This document shows, piece after piece, positions 1 through 13,720 of a stretch of 64,000 nucleotides of DNA. Source of the DNA: the human T2T-CHM13v2.0 reference genome, Homo sapiens; NCBI RefSeq assembly GCF_009914755.1, contig NC_060927.1. One strand, written 5' to 3'. The stretch's first letter is position 1. Each line of letters starts with the position of its first letter. The position numbers and the translations under genes were made by a program. Under the pieces are notes generated by a model. The model did not search any database and was not told the origin of the DNA. It saw only the letters and a program-made list of their open reading frames with translations.

Positions 1-270
1 AGCCAATGTTGTGGCTGGAATCCAAAGGCCATCTGCTGGCAAAATTCCGCCTTGCTTGGGGAGAGGCTAGACTTTTGTTCTATTTAGGCCTTCAACTGAT
101 TGGATGAGGCCCACCCACACAATGAAGGGCAATCTGATTTGCTCAAAGTCCCAATTTAAATATTAATCACATTCAAAAACACCTTTATAAAAACATCCAG
201 AATCTAGATAGTTTGACCAAATATCTAGATGCCATGGCCCAGCCAAGTCAACACATACAATTAACCATCA
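1..270 (-). mobile_element. MLT2-type (ERVL) LTR, partial
   Basis: Ends CAACACATACAATTAACCATCA, the reverse complement of the MLT2 start; contains CTTCAACTGATTGGATGAGGCCCACCCAC. Confidence 0.85.
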
Positions 271-289
271 TGTTATTCCAGCTCTATTC

Positions 290-796
290 TGTCACAAGCT
301 TTTGGGTAAAGGTTTGGCAAAGATCTGATGAACAAAGTGAATCAAGCAGGAAAAAGAGGACACACTCAGAAAGATACTTTCAGAAAGTTTATTAGGGGGG
401 CTGTTTGCAATGGTGTGGGAAAGGATGGTAAAGCACCCAAAAACTAGCGACAGGGGGAAAACATTACTGCACCTAGATCTGAAGGGCCAAGGGAAAGGAG
501 CTATTCTGGAACCTGGTGACAGCTTCCCTTCCCAAGCTGGGCTCTTAGGTATAGAAATGTAACAACAGTAGGAACACTGCTCAGCATAGATGGAGCTGGG
601 GGTTAATGTCCCCACTGCACTCCCCTCCCACTCTCCAACTGCCTGCCATTGCTGCCATTGGCCAAACCCAACCAGAAGCAAGAGACAAGGAAACCTTGGT
701 GATGTAGTCCATCCAAGTCAGCCTCCTGGAGGACAGGAAAGGTAGAGAATGGTGGAGAGTGGATCTGGAGGGACAAACAGAAGAAACCCATATCAC
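290..796 (-). mobile_element. Old ERVL/MaLR LTR (LTR33- or MLT1K/L-like)
   Basis: CCATTGGCCAAACCCAACCAGAAGC..GGAGAGTGGATCTGGAGGG matches the reverse complement of the shared LTR33/MLT1K-L start. Confidence 0.6.
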
Positions 797-978
797 CCAA
801 AGCCTAGCTCAGAGGCCTGAGCACCAGCTGTTGGAGAGACCAGGAAGGTGAGCTCTGCCTTCTACCTTCAGGAGGTGGATTTTAAATGATGGAAAATTCC
901 AAGGTAGAAAAAAGGAAGGTGTTCCAGTGATGCTGGGTGGCTACAAGCAGGACAACTGGACAACTGTCCTCTTTAAAC

Positions 979-1060
979 TCAGTTGGGTACTGTTCCCAAT
1001 ATCATGGACATCTTCAACATCAGTTGGGTACTGCTCCCAAAATCATGGACATCTTCAAGC
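979..1060. repeat. 41-bp tandem duplication (2 copies)
   Basis: TCAGTTGGGTACTG(T/C)TCCCAA(T/A)ATCATGGACATCTTCAA at 979 and 1020. Confidence 0.95.
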
Positions 1061-1483
1061 AGTAGCCACTGCTGTGGTACACATCTCTCAAGGGTACCTC
1101 CTCACATGCAGGCCTTTCTCTTCTCTTCTAGAATTTTCTTTCTCCTAGGACCACAAACTCTTTGCATTTTCATCCAGGCCAATATCTTTTCTCTTGGAGG
1201 AGATTAGACATTTCCTAATATTATCTGAGAGAAAGAAACAAGAAACAAATGAACACACTTGCACAAAATTAAAACTTTTCATTCCAGCAAGGACACTCTG
1301 AATATATAATTTAGTGCCCAAATCTCCTATTTAATCTTAGAAATACTCAAAGTCAAAGGACCTTGGCCTGACTCCAGGAGAGATTCAGAAAGGACACACA
1401 GCAGCCTCCTGCTGTCCCTGTGGCAGCTCAGGTGATGAACCACCAATCTGCAGTTTGGGGCAATGGAAACTGGCATCAGCCTA

Positions 1484-2302
1484 TGTGGTGAATTCTCAGG
1501 GTTTTATCTTGCCTTGGCATTCATTTTGAATACAAGTTTAACTTTCTCATACCAGAAGCAGGGCTCAGTCATCCTGGACACAGTTTCCAGTTCTACACCA
1601 CATGCAAATGGCTCAAGCCAGTGGCCAGAGATAAGAACTTAGAGGTATCTCTCCCACCTGGCAGACTGGGCTCCCTGTTTTCCTGCCACTTCTTTCAAAC
1701 GGATGATTCAGACGTTTGCCTGCAAACTTAAAGTGATCCACATTATTCTCTTATACATGCTCTAGTTGCCACATGCTCACTCTCGTGTTCTTGCTCTCTC
1801 GCTGTCTCTCTCTCTCTCTCTCTCTATCTGCCTGAGCCTTCTTTACTGCCTTAGGTGATCCGGGGACAAAAGACTGCCCTCCTGACTCATTATGTCCTCC
1901 TTGCTCGGAAAGTAAAAATCTTTGAACTTGTTTCCTCTTTGGTGATGTATTGAATTTGCACATTTCATCTGAAGAATCAGGGGCTTCCCCAAACCAGGTT
2001 TTCCTTGGGACACTGGAAAGAATGTGAGGTCAGGCTCCCACGGCCAGAGTGATGGTCAGGCAGGCATAAAGTGGACATGGGTCAGACAAGAGCCACAAGG
2101 ATGTCTGCCAGTATAAACAAACTTCCCATTTGCAAGACTCCTGGTCACAAGTTGAACCACTAGGCTTAAGGCCATCTGCCATGTAAAGAAGTATAGTATG
2201 CTAAGAGAGGCAAACCATAAACACCCACAGGCAGCTTCCCCTGGGCAGAGTCACTAGCCACTCTGGTACTGGAACCCCAATTTAGCTGCAGACTTTCAAA
2301 AC
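1484..2302 (+). mobile_element. Solo ERVL-type LTR (MER54-like)
   Basis: TG..CA termini (TGTGGTGAATTCTC..CTTTCAAAACA); CTTTCTCATACCAGAAGCAGGGCTCAGTC; internal (TC)n. Confidence 0.65.
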
Positions 2303-2409
2303 AGCTCCTCCTCCAGGTGTCTCCTAAAAACCACATACACACCATGCAAATTTAATATTAAAGTCTAGAGCTTTTACCTCATAAACCATCCCTGTAAAAA
2401 TTGACCAAG

Positions 2410-2720
2410 GTCAGAAGTCACAAATGGTAGCCCATGGATCAAATCTGCCCTGAAAAGTATTTCACTGGGCTGCATTCTGTTAACCTACATCAATTTTAAT
2501 ATCATTTTTTTCATTGCCAACATTTAAACATTGGGAAATTCAAAACCAAAATCCAGATTACAAGATTCTCCTGAAAATTAGGATGCTCTGGGAAGACTGG
2601 ACTCATATCCCACAGCACAACACAGCAGCACTCAACAGGAGCTGAGAAATCCCTGACTTCTTTTGATAGGATGTGTGCTGTTCAGGTCACCACTTTTGTG
2701 CCCTAGAAGCCAAGGTTAAC
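2410..2720. mobile_element. hAT-Charlie MITE (MER102-like)
   Basis: AAAATCCAGATT..TCTCCTGAAAATTAGGATGCTCTGG motif. Confidence 0.55.
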
Positions 2721-3119
2721 CATGAGTAACTGATTGTCATTATATTCCTGCTATTGTTTTTCTTATAGTTATGTTAGAGAGATAAGTATTTTTCACACAC
2801 ATCTCTATCAAAATACAATGAAATTTAGACTAAGAGAACCATGTTTCAAGAGAAAGGAGAGGGTGTATATTTTTGTGCTGAAGTGATCCAGCCTGTCTCA
2901 CTCATTTATGCTTTCTGCATAGGTCTGAGCCACATTTGGGGCTGTGATACCTGGAGTGACCCTTATCGACTTCTTTAGACCCACTTTTGCCTCTCAGTTC
3001 CTTACTTGACTTAACTTGCTTGTATAATTCTAAACACGAAAGTAATTTTTTAAATACAAAATGCCACCTATGGTCTTGTCTGATCCATAAGAATGGAGAC
3101 ACCTGATTTCTTCTTTATT

Positions 3120-3245
3120 CAGTTATTCAGTATTCATTCAACAAATAATTACTGAGCATTATGGGCAAAGCACTTTGCTAAGCACCACAGATACAGCAAC
3201 AAGCAAGACCAGTGTGATCCTAGCCCTTGTGGAGCAACCAGTCTC
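3120..3245 (-). mobile_element. L2 3' fragment
   Basis: TATTCATTCAACAAATAATTACTGAGCA. Confidence 0.75.
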
Positions 3246-3452
3246 TGCTTTTCTAGAAATGAACTGGAGTTTATTACGATGTAGGAGCCTCATTTTTCAG
3301 TGAGTGACTTCACAGCTTATTTCTAAGCCAGCACACTGGCCTGGAAAAGTGTTCTTGAATATGGTGATTTTATTTCTATGAGAAAAAATCGGACAAAGAG
3401 GTAGAAGGACAAAAATTATTTTCACTAACTGGGGCCCAAATATTTTCATTAC

Positions 3453-3823
3453 TACATCAGTCAGGTTAAGCTGTTGTGCTGCAGTAACAAATGACCCCAA
3501 GTTTGGTCCATCACAGATCAGCTATAGTGCTTCTCCAGGTCAGCTTCACCCTGGGGATCAGACTGATGGAGCTGACTGTTTGTGACCTGGCTGGTTTGTA
3601 GCAGAAAGAAAGAGGTATGGTAAAAATCACACAAGAGCCCTTAGATCTTCTGTTTGCAAGTCTTGCACATCACTTTCACTTATATTCCTTTGGACAAAGC
3701 AAGTCACATGGCCATACCTGAGTTCAGCAGGGCAGGGATATATAACCCTCCAGCAGAAGAGATACCACAGGAAGGGCATTTCAGGGAAAGACAATGTTTT
3801 CAACAATAACACAATCTATCACA
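3453..3823 (-). mobile_element. MLT1J-like MaLR LTR
   Basis: GCTGCAGTAACAAATGACCCCAA; GGACAAAGCAAGTCACATGGCCA; ends ATCTATCACA. Confidence 0.75.
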
Positions 3824-4901
3824 AATAGCCATACAATCAGCCACTGGATGATGAGGGTCATCTGGTCCCTAGAGATCAAAACAAAAACAGTTTTGGCATA
3901 AAAATCATATCTGCAACAAATTGATAGTCTCTAATGAAAAAGCCAAATAACATAGCAGAGGAAGAAAATGAAAATCTCAGAGTCACTTGTGTTCCCTCGT
4001 TCCTCACTGAAACAGCCCCAGCCACATGTTTTCCTCACAAGGCAGATGAATGCTCGCTATGTATCATGACCCCATTCCAAGGTGAAGTTTCTTCCTGCCT
4101 TCTCATCATAGCCTGAAACAGGAAACCTAGAAAATTGTTTTGGGGGGATATTAAATAACTTCCTGATTTAATTGATTGATGAATAATAACTTCTAAAATT
4201 AGCTCTGCATTTCATTCCATAATGTCTGGGTGAAATCCGCTCAGCTTACCTGAAATCTTAGGAAAGGCAAATACTGAACAAACTCCCTTTAAGCTCCTAA
4301 AATTGTTATTCTCCAGTTTTCTTCCAGTCCTTACACACAGGGAGGGGAGAGCAGCTCACATCCATTTGTATAGCTTCTCTTTCCAAGAGCACCCACAGGT
4401 TTATAATTATAACCATCCAAAGGCCTTCATTCTCTCTTCACCCCTTTAGAAGAAGATAAAAATTGGGCATAAAGATTGATAACTGCAATTACTTCCCACT
4501 CAAGCTAACTCTTACCTTTACTCCCCCAAAATTTACCAGTATAAATTAGAAAATACAGATGCAGAAGGCAGCTGTGTTATTCATAAAGATCTAGGACAGG
4601 AATCAGAGGACTGTAATACACAAATGCCTAGCAGACAGGAAAGAAATCCTCCTTGTCCCCAGAAAAGAAGGCACTTAACCTCAATAGGGAGAAGAGGGAG
4701 AGGAATCCTGAGGCTTTTAAAACAATTATCCATATTTGCAGACCATCTGAGTTGCAGTTTATTTGTTTAGTTTACTTTCAGCCTCAAAGAGGCATATATT
4801 AAAGTTCCCCAAGTTATTCTACTATAGGCTACAAATGTTGATTCCAGGATAAAACATAATTAAAAATAGAAATATTCTTGTCATGAATCTGAAACCCTTT
4901 T

Positions 4902-5567
4902 TGAAACTGCCCTTGCAAAACAACAAAGCTAACTGTCTTTGCTCATTCCCGGGCATAGGCCAAGCTAACTGTGAGAAGAATGTAGTTTATAGTTGAACTT
5001 TAAAATGAAGATGATAACAGCCCCTTCCCAAAATGAACCCCCTCTTTATTCAGGGACTGAAACTGCCTTGTAAAACTAATAAATTGGCTGCAAGGCTAGA
5101 AATAGGTTCAGGAGTCATGTGGCCAGAGGTCACAAGATTTGTAACCTCCCCAGTTGCTACTATATATGACACCGCTATTGTAAAACCTTAACTGGTGTTT
5201 GAGGTATCTTTCAAAGCTTGCATTTTGGTAGACTAGCTGGAAACATGTAACCCATACCAAGAAACAGGTTCAACTGGTCTTGTGACTCCTACCCAGGAAG
5301 TGACCCAAGAAGACAGCTTCAACCTCCTGTGATTTCATTCCCAACCCAACCAATCAGCATTACACATTCTCTACCCTCCTGCCCACTAAATTATCCTTGA
5401 AAAACTCTAGCCTTTGAATTCTCAGGGAGGCTGATTTGATTAATAACTCCCATCCTTCAACTTGGCTGGCCATGTGATTATTAAACTCTTTCTCTACTGC
5501 AACCCTGCTGTCTCAAGTAATTAGCTTCATCTGTGCAATGGGAAAGATGAATCTGTCTGGCATTACA
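4902..5567 (+). mobile_element. Solo LTR8-family (ERV1) LTR
   Basis: Starts TGAAACTGCCCTTGCAAAA; has CCAACCAATCAGCA, ATTAAACTCTTTCTCTACTGCAA; ends TTACA. Confidence 0.85.
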
Positions 5568-6171
5568 TTCTGTAAAGATCTAAATGCGGGAGGCCAAATG
5601 TGCTTTTTCAAATTTAAGCTCCTGAGCCCATATTACCACTTCCTCTAACACTGATTTCTAACCTCAGCAAGTATTGAGCAAGCATTTGTACAGCAGGTGT
5701 ACATACAAGACAGAACGGTCAAATAAACAAGCACCCATGTAGTCTTAGAGAAATTCTTCCCATAAAACATGAGATTTGCATTTTCATTAGCTTGAGTTTA
5801 TTGACAAGGAAACCTAGAAAAATCCTGATAGAGAAGCCAAGAAGTATAGTGGGAAATTTTCTCAAAGCCAAGCCACAAAGATGGCATTATACACTGCAAA
5901 AGTGGGCGCCTTCTAAGATGTAAGTGATATGATCAAAAAAGAAAGAATGATGTGCATATAGTTGTGATTGAGTGGTAAGGTATTGGATTTGTACTAGAGA
6001 TATAGACATTAATAAGATAGACACAATTTCTGCCCCTCATGGAGCATATAGTTTATGAGGAAAGATAGATAAGTACTTGGAAATTTGATGAGCATTGTGA
6101 AAGAGGAGGTGGAGGGAGTTGTGGATTATGAATGGACATTTAATTTGGGACAGTTAGAAAAGGTTTCTTAA

Positions 6172-6715
6172 TCAGTATATCAAAGAGATGTCTGCATTCC
6201 CATGTTAGTGCAGCATTATTCACAATAGCCAAGATATAGAATCAACCTAGGTGTCCAACAAATGAATGAATATAGAAAATGTGGTATATATACACAATGG
6301 AATATTATGCAGCCATAAAAAGAATGAAATTCTGTCATTTGCAGCAAGATGAATGGAACTGGAGATCATTAAGTGCAGTGAAATAAGCCAGGCACAGGAA
6401 GACAAATATTGCATGTTCTAACTCATATGTGGGGGCTAAAAAGTGAATCTCTTGGAGGCAGAGAGTAGAATGATGGTTATGAGAGGCTGAGAAGAGAAGG
6501 GAGAGAAATGAGGAGAAACTGGTTGAATAACTAGAAGAGAAGAACTGTATTGTTCCCAAAATTTAAAAAAAAGATCAATATTGGACGTGATGGATATCCC
6601 AATTACCCTGGTTTGATCATAACACATCGTATGCAAGTATCAAAATAACATATGCACCCCCAAAGTATGTACGACTATTATATATTAATTGTTAAACACT
6701 TTAAAAATAAAATTT
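6172..6715 (+). mobile_element. L1MA (MA4/5-like) 3' fragment inside an L2 remnant
   Basis: GCAGCATTATTCACAATAGCCAAGATA..GATGGATATCCCAATTACCCTG..A-rich tail. Confidence 0.85.
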
Positions 6716-9584
6716 AGGAAAGAAAAGCCTTCCTTGAGGCTTGGAAGCTGAGACCTAAATATTGTGTGGTCTATTAATTAAAACACATGGCAGCTCATAC
6801 GGCTGCCCACAGCAGTTCTCACTGTTGTCAGCTCCCCACCTTTGCATCTGAGAAGCTCCCACCAGGCACGGTGCATCACAATCATCAAAGCTCAGCAGCA
6901 AGCCACCCACCTGATTCCATTAGGAAGACAACAAGACAGATAAGTGGAGAAATATGTTGAGAACTATCATGAGTCCAAGAAAGTTTAAATGGAAAAACCC
7001 AAAGTTTATTAGATGGGTCATCACAGAAGTGAGCTGATTTGAATTCTGTAAAATAGATAGTCACAAACTCCTGCCAAAATCATGATAACTACTTCCCACA
7101 GTCAAGAATAGTGCTCCACTTTTTTGATACAGTCTTTAAAAGATAATGAGATACAAAACTTCAGCTTTATAAATGAAACAAGAAGGAGGAACTTCTTGTC
7201 AATCTTTTGACAAAAGTATTTGAACACTTTCCTTCTAGATTGGTAGAAAAAGAAAACTAACAGCAGATGTTATCAACAGTCAATATGACTCTGAAATTTA
7301 AAGACAAATGTACATTGATTTTCTCAAACGTCATGTTTCAGTCAGAACTGTAGCATTTGATCCCATATTTCTCATAACAACAATAAGCAACTATCCAGCT
7401 TAATCAGCAATAATCTAGTTGGCAAACAGATGCGTGCAGCTTGATCCAGCTAACAGGGCTGGATGTGGAGACCTCTTAGCAAATTGACTAGGACAACTAC
7501 ATGAGTATTAATGTTTTGTCTTTTGAAAATGTGTGATCATAACAAATAAACATGTTCTTTGATTTAATGCCCATAATTAGGATCCCAGTTTCTTCTGGGG
7601 TTATTTTAACCACCTGTGACATCTTGTTCATTAGCTACACAAAGAGAACCTGAGATGAACCAAAGAAAGCTATAAGAAACCTTAACTGAAAGCCCAAGGT
7701 GTGTTGCCCTCAACATTGGCATTATGAGAACACCCTCCAGCTGCCTTTTCCTTTTACCTGTGATAGGTCCCACTTGTCCTCATTCCTCTGCCAAAGCAAA
7801 TTAAACCAAGCTCCCTTTGCTAACCTTGAAGGCATTCTAAGATGGATCAAAAAATCACGTTAGCTAAGACAGCTTTCTTTTCAGCCAAGAGCAGAGACCC
7901 AAGGAGCCCTGACTATCAAGAGCACTCGCTCAGCTACCAGAAATTCTTTTGTTAGGGTAAAGGGGCCACATGGGTTCATCAGTCCTGGTGTTCTGTGGTG
8001 TATGTTAACAGGCAGGAAGACTTCAGAGGAAATTGTTTCTGGCCTTTCTTTGCAATAAATGTAACTGTAACTTTGAGTTTGGGGATGTACAAGTCTGTAA
8101 GTGAACTCCTGGGTAATCTCATACATTGTGATACATTCACTACTTGGAAATAAAAGTCAGTGAGTTACATCTTATTCTCAGGAAGAATCTCTTGAGAAAA
8201 TTATAGCAAAGCAATACAATGTTTTGTTTTCTGTTTAAAAATAAAAACGACTGACAGTACCATTTTCTATTTTGATATTTTTGTCATGAAAAAGCTGCCT
8301 GTTGCCTTATTTGCAATGTGACTTGAACAATGATTATTTCGCCATTCATATGCTGTAAGGATGGTTACAATGTTCCCACTAGGGCTAATATTCATCAAAC
8401 TAGTCAATATACTTCATTTCCTCCAAATATTCATGAAGCATTTAAAAAATGGATTTCTCAGTTGTGAATCAATTGCATGAAGTAAAATGCAGGGAGTTTT
8501 CAACACGAAGGTCAGTTTTCAGTATTCTGTGGTTTGTGGTAGATTCAGTCCTTCTTCTAAATAATATGCCAGCACAACCATTGGATGATTTATTGCATTC
8601 CCTTCCTGAACTTCCTGCTCCTCTCTGCCCCAACACCAAAAAAATCCAAACAAAACAAAACAGGTTTAAGATATAAATATTAGCTGATAGACTGTCAACG
8701 TTCCAAATATCAATAAGAGAAATAAAAGACCACACACTGATTATTGGTTTAACTGTCAGTAGACGCAAGGACATACAAAATGACCTCAATCTGTCTAAAT
8801 GACTGCCTTTTGTCTACCTTGTCCAGACCTGTTTGAAATTATACAAACTCAGATTGTATTCAGAATATTCACAAGCCCTTTCTGTTCATGTAATTCCCTT
8901 CTTTAAATTGACTAATGGTATCTTCCTTTTCTCCCTTCTACTCTCTCTCCTCCCATACTCTTAAAGGTTTTGGCTTCTAGGAGGGACATGACTGAACTAT
9001 TCAGAAGTTTTTTCATGGCTCTAAAAGAAAAACCTTTGACATTTTCACACAGGGAGCTTTCCTTTGTGATACAGACAAATCTTTTAAGTTCCCCATTATG
9101 CTCTTAATTATACACACTTTCTAAGTAGCTGTGGTTTTCTTTTCTGTTTTTAAATGTTAAGAAGATCATAAATGTTCTTACAGTTTTATTAATCATTTTC
9201 ACATGGACAGTATTACACTTGGCACAAGGCAGCATTCCAGTTTTCCCTAAAAAAAAAATCCAAGAAATATTCTTCCTACTCTTTTCTCTTCCCTAATAAA
9301 ATCTCTGCTTCAAACACCTCCCAAAATAGACCTATTTCCTTCCTTCCTTTTTCTGGTTTTTTTTTTCCTTCTAAACATAGGGAATTTGTCTCCAGGAAAG
9401 GAAAACATGGGGCTGGGGTACAAGGATGGGAGTGAAACTTACTTTTCATGTGTTTCATTTTCTATTGGTTATGAAAACTTCCCAGCTTACATCAACAAAT
9501 GTATCACCTCATGATCAGAACTCTCAGTTGGCTTGACTGATGTCTCTGGCCTGGGTTTCATAAGGCTGAAATCAAGGTACCGGC

Positions 9585-9788
9585 ACTTGTTCAGAACACT
9601 TACCTTTGCCTACAGCTGTGCAAAATTATCTAACACAAAGCCTATTTTATAATAAAGTGTTGAATATCTCATGTAATTTATTGAATACTGGAAGTAAAAA
9701 ACAGAATGGTAAGGTTTCTACTGAATGTGTAGTACTTTCTCACCATTTTAAAGTTAAAAAATCTTAATCTTAGTTGAGAGCATCTGTA
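9585..9788 (+). mobile_element. Tigger4 (Zombi) terminal fragment
   Basis: ATCTAACACAAAGCCTATTTTATAATAAAGTGTTGAATATCTCATGTAATTTATTGAATACTG; ends CATCTG-TA. Confidence 0.85.
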
Positions 9789-9829
9789 CACACATAAGGC
9801 CTCCTGTCTATTGCATGTAAAATTATACT

Positions 9830-10640
9830 CTATTTTTTCTCAATTATACAAATATTACATGTTCACCGAAGAAAAGTTATAAATTATATAAACAAGCAAA
9901 GAGAAAAAATTAAGTTAACATTATCTCTCCGTCAACAGAAAGCCACTGAAATATACCGGTGTGTGCACTTCCAGGTGTGTGTGACAGAGAAAAAGACAAA
10001 GAGAATACATTGATTTCTCTTTTTCAAAAGTGGAATCATACTACGTACAGTTTAATACCATTTTATTTACATCAATTATTTTTGTGAACATTTTTTCATG
10101 TCAGTAGACAAATTTCTGCAACAAAACTATTACAGTTCAAAGGGAGTTTTTGAAAATATTTCTAAATGAGTAACATATTCACTGAAGAAAAATTAGAAAA
10201 TACAGATAAGCAAAATAAAATTGTAATTGCACCATGTGAAGACAACCACTGTTAACATTTCCATCTTTATTGTTATTGGATATACACTACTCTAGTCCTC
10301 CAAAATTGAACGCTATTGCCAAGCTTTTGCTAGACATGCTTTTGCTAGACATGCTCTTGCTAGACAGGCACCAGCAAAGATGGAACAAGCTAAACCTTTG
10401 TTCACACCCTTGATTATTTCCTAAAGACTAAGTCCTTGATTAAGTCCTAGATGAAGTATTGGGTCCAAAGACATGAACATTTTTAAGGCCATTGGTCAAC
10501 GTTGCCAAAATGTTTTCTTGGAGAATTTATAGAGTATGGGAGTACATTTTTCCAGGTCCTCTCACCAATCTTGGGTGGTATAATTTTGTTAAAAAATCTT
10601 TCAAGCATACCACTTCACAACATTTTCAACTTTGGCACTA
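9830..10640 (-). mobile_element. Degraded L1ME-type 3' fragments
   Basis: GAAAAATTAGAAAATACAGATAAGC..ACAACCACTGTTAACATTT; GGGTCCAAAGACATGAACATTTTTAAGGC. Confidence 0.55.
10323..10367. repeat. 15-bp unit x3
   Basis: GCTTTTGCTAGACAT, GCTTTTGCTAGACAT, GCTCTTGCTAGACAG. Confidence 0.95.
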
Positions 10641-11677
10641 CACAAAGATGTTTTGGGTCTTGGTTTGGAAGCATAAGCTCTAATAGCTTTTCTGGGATAC
10701 TGTTTTAATCAGGTCCTGGCCTACTGTAAGAGGCAGACATGTTTTTGTGCAGGAAAAATCAAGAAAGACATGAATATTTACATGAAGAAAACTGTGAAAT
10801 TACCAAAGAAAAGATTCAGCTGGAGAAAGAAATGGACTACTCTTTGAAATTGTTTCCAGAAGGAAATCTTTGCTTTGATTTCATTTTCTTCAGCACCCAA
10901 TCCCAAGGAAGCATCCAATCCTCTCTCGTCTTGTTCTGCATGTCAGAAGACAGAGTACCAGTTCTGAAGGTTCCTCCTTGAGATCCCTTTCATGGATCTG
11001 GTTTAAGTCCGAGAGCATATAATCTGCTATGTGGAGCTCAGTGCAACAAAGGCATTGGCCAATTTCCAGCAATTATCTGAGAAATTCTATTTCAGACACT
11101 AAATCTCCAGCTTTAATCAACTTGCAAATCCCAATCATCCCCAGCAGTGAGCAATCACAGGTCTGAAGGAAGCAGTGATTGTGTCTGTGACCCCAGAAGA
11201 CCTCTTTCCATCAGGTATCATTTGGAAATCCCTGGGGTCTGATTGCCTCGTATTAAACTTTCATTATTTCCAGATAAGGTATCTGAATAGAGGAAATGAT
11301 GCCCAGGTGCTGGAAGGGCTGCTAACTTGGGGCCAGCTGAAACTGCCTGTGTCCCGCAGGCTGAAAATTGAGGAAGGGAAACAATGACCCAGGAGATAGA
11401 TGTGTATTCTGTTCCTTTGTATCATCAGAAGTCTGGCTTGACCAGAGGTTTTTCTCTCAGCAGCTTTGGTGGTGATATCTCTGTGGCAGCCACCTGAGGG
11501 TAATTGATTCCTTGGCTAATTTGGCTTGGGTGCCAGCAGCCATTTTGAGGCAACATTCACCCAGAGCTTCTAGCTTAACCTCAGCAGTTAAGCATTTTTG
11601 GCACTGCCAAAAGTTGTCACCTCACCCTGCATAACCCCCAAAGGCAGTGCTTGTAGTGCACAGCAGGAGTTGAAATT

Positions 11678-11687
11678 GTGTGTGTGT

Positions 11688-11719
<32 letters not shown>
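11678..11719. repeat. (TG)n microsatellite
   Basis: About 20 TG units with one TA interruption. Confidence 0.97.
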
Positions 11720-11725
<6 letters not shown>

Positions 11726-12924
11726 CAGCAAGTGGGATAGATTAGCTCTTAATGAATGAGCACATAAAGATGATCCATTCCAAACATCTGCAAGTATAAA
11801 ACCACATGCCTAGTGAAGAATTTTTTTCTGTTCTAATGTAAGATCTACCTAGAAAAGAATATCACAAAACTTACTGTTTTATGAGTTAACAGAAAAAAAA
11901 AAAAACCTGTTTCTGGTAGTTTTCTAAGTGTTGAGGTAGAAGGAAGAAGACAGGAGGAGCCAAAATTTGCATTTAGAAAATGAGGTCTTCCTCCCAGAAC
12001 TGCCAACACAGATTCTCTATAACACTTTGTTGAAAATTAATTCTCTCCACAGAAACAATAATTGAATTCTAACCAATTTTTTCTTTTTAAAGAAGTAGAT
12101 TATATTTAGGCTATAATTAAACCCAGCAAAAAGATCATAGGCATTTCTTCAACTAGGTCAGAAATTATGAAGTTAGGTGTGCCAACACTACTATCAGACA
12201 CACCTGCCAACAATTTAGCATCTTCCCACTTCATGCTTCTCTGAACAGCAGGAAATGTTCAGCGTTGTCACAAAGCTGCTTTCCTCTGCTTTGCTACACA
12301 AGCATCTTCTACCTGCAGTATTTTTCGTGGCTTATTTTTCCTATCTTGCAAAAAGAAACCGCACCTACCTGTTCCCCTATCTACAAAGGTTCCTCCCATA
12401 ATTTTTTATTGTTAAAGTCTTCATTCCCTTTTATTGATCAAATTTGAACTTTATGCCTAAGATACTTGTATTTCTTTTTTTTTTTTTTCACTTTTCTGGT
12501 TTTTTTTTTTCTTGCTTGGGTTGCATATTCTGCAAAACATTGAGAAATAATATCAGAAGACAGTTACTACCACATGCTCTGATATGATGATGTGGCACTT
12601 GCCACAGGCCAGGTGTCCTTTGAGGGATGGTTAATTCTGCCGGTGCTCCTCAGAAAGCGAGAAAAACCTGGGAGTTTATGCCGCTGTTTCTGACCACATA
12701 GTAGGCCTCATCCAATAACTAGGAATATGAAAGCCTAATATCAGGATAATCCTGAGACATAATTCAGATTTTCCCAATGGGATCAGGCTGGAGATAACCT
12801 TCACAGGATTTTGCTTGAAATTTTATCCCTGCAGGGGGGTTTCTTCCTATTTCCGGTATCTAGTGTTGCACAATAAGCCACCCAAACATTAGTCTTCTAT
12901 CACTGTGAAACTACCCCAAATTTC

Positions 12925-13473
12925 AATTTTCTATTGCTTCATAACAAACTATTCCAAAGCTTAAAACTGCAATTATTGTATTTGCTCATGATTCTTTTGG
13001 TTGGGAATTCAAACAAGGCATGGCAGGGATTGTTTGTCTCTGTCTATGATGTTTGGGACCTCAGTTGGGATGGCTGAAACAACTGTAGGGGCTGGATGGA
13101 CTGGCTGGACTGGCTGGACTGGTGTCATATATCTGGGGCTTTGGTTTTCACTGCCAGCTGGATTCCTCAGTTTTCTATTCCATGTCACCTCCCCATGGTG
13201 CTAGCTCAAACTTCACAGCTTGGTGGTCTCAGGTGGTCGGGTTACTTACATGGCAACTGGTTACTGCTGGGGACAAGCAGACACTGCTAGGCATCTTAAA
13301 AGACAGGCCTGGAATTAGGCCAGAATCATTTCTACCATGTCTGTTTGTCGAAGCAAGTTATAAGGCCAACTCTGATGGGAGGGGAAATAGACCCCTCCCT
13401 GGTGGGTGGAGTGGTTTGTGCAAACATGGAGGAAACGAATGGGAGGCAGCCACCTTTAAAAACCAGTTACTAC
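12925..13473 (-). mobile_element. MLT1G/H-like MaLR LTR
   Basis: TTTCTATTGCTTCATAACAAACTA..TTGCTCATGATTCT..AAGCAAGTTATAAGGCCAAC. Confidence 0.7.
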
Positions 13474-13596
13474 ACTCCGCTCCCTGTCCTCCTTGCTCTT
13501 TTACAGCTTTCTCCTGGGAGCACTTTCTAAATGAAATCACCTACACATAAACTCTCATCTCAGAGTCTTGCCTCTGGGAAACCTGACCCTAAGATA
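13474..13596 (+). mobile_element. LTR16-like 3' fragment
   Basis: GGGAGCACTTTCTAAATGAAATCAC..CTCAGAGTC..CTGGGAAACCTGACCCTAAGA. Confidence 0.6.
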
Positions 13597-13720
13597 AAGC
13601 TTATTTCAATCCAAAGATTTCAGCCTCCTGTTCTAGGAAGGTTTGTTACTAATGTGGACTAAATCCAAGTCTCCATGCTGACATCTGCAAAACCCCAGGA
13701 GCAAGCATTATAACTCTAAA

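Noticed and set aside
979-1060. CRISPR-like repeats (also 10323-10367 and 17168-17209)
   Set aside because: Head-to-tail duplications with no spacers, no cas genes, mammalian context.
7240-7490. Kinase-subdomain-XI-like peptide (RCVQLDPANR..DLL) and a CR1/L3 RT-like YIDF..AFD
   Set aside because: Short, in different frames and unsupported by adjacent motifs; indistinguishable from chance without an HMM search.
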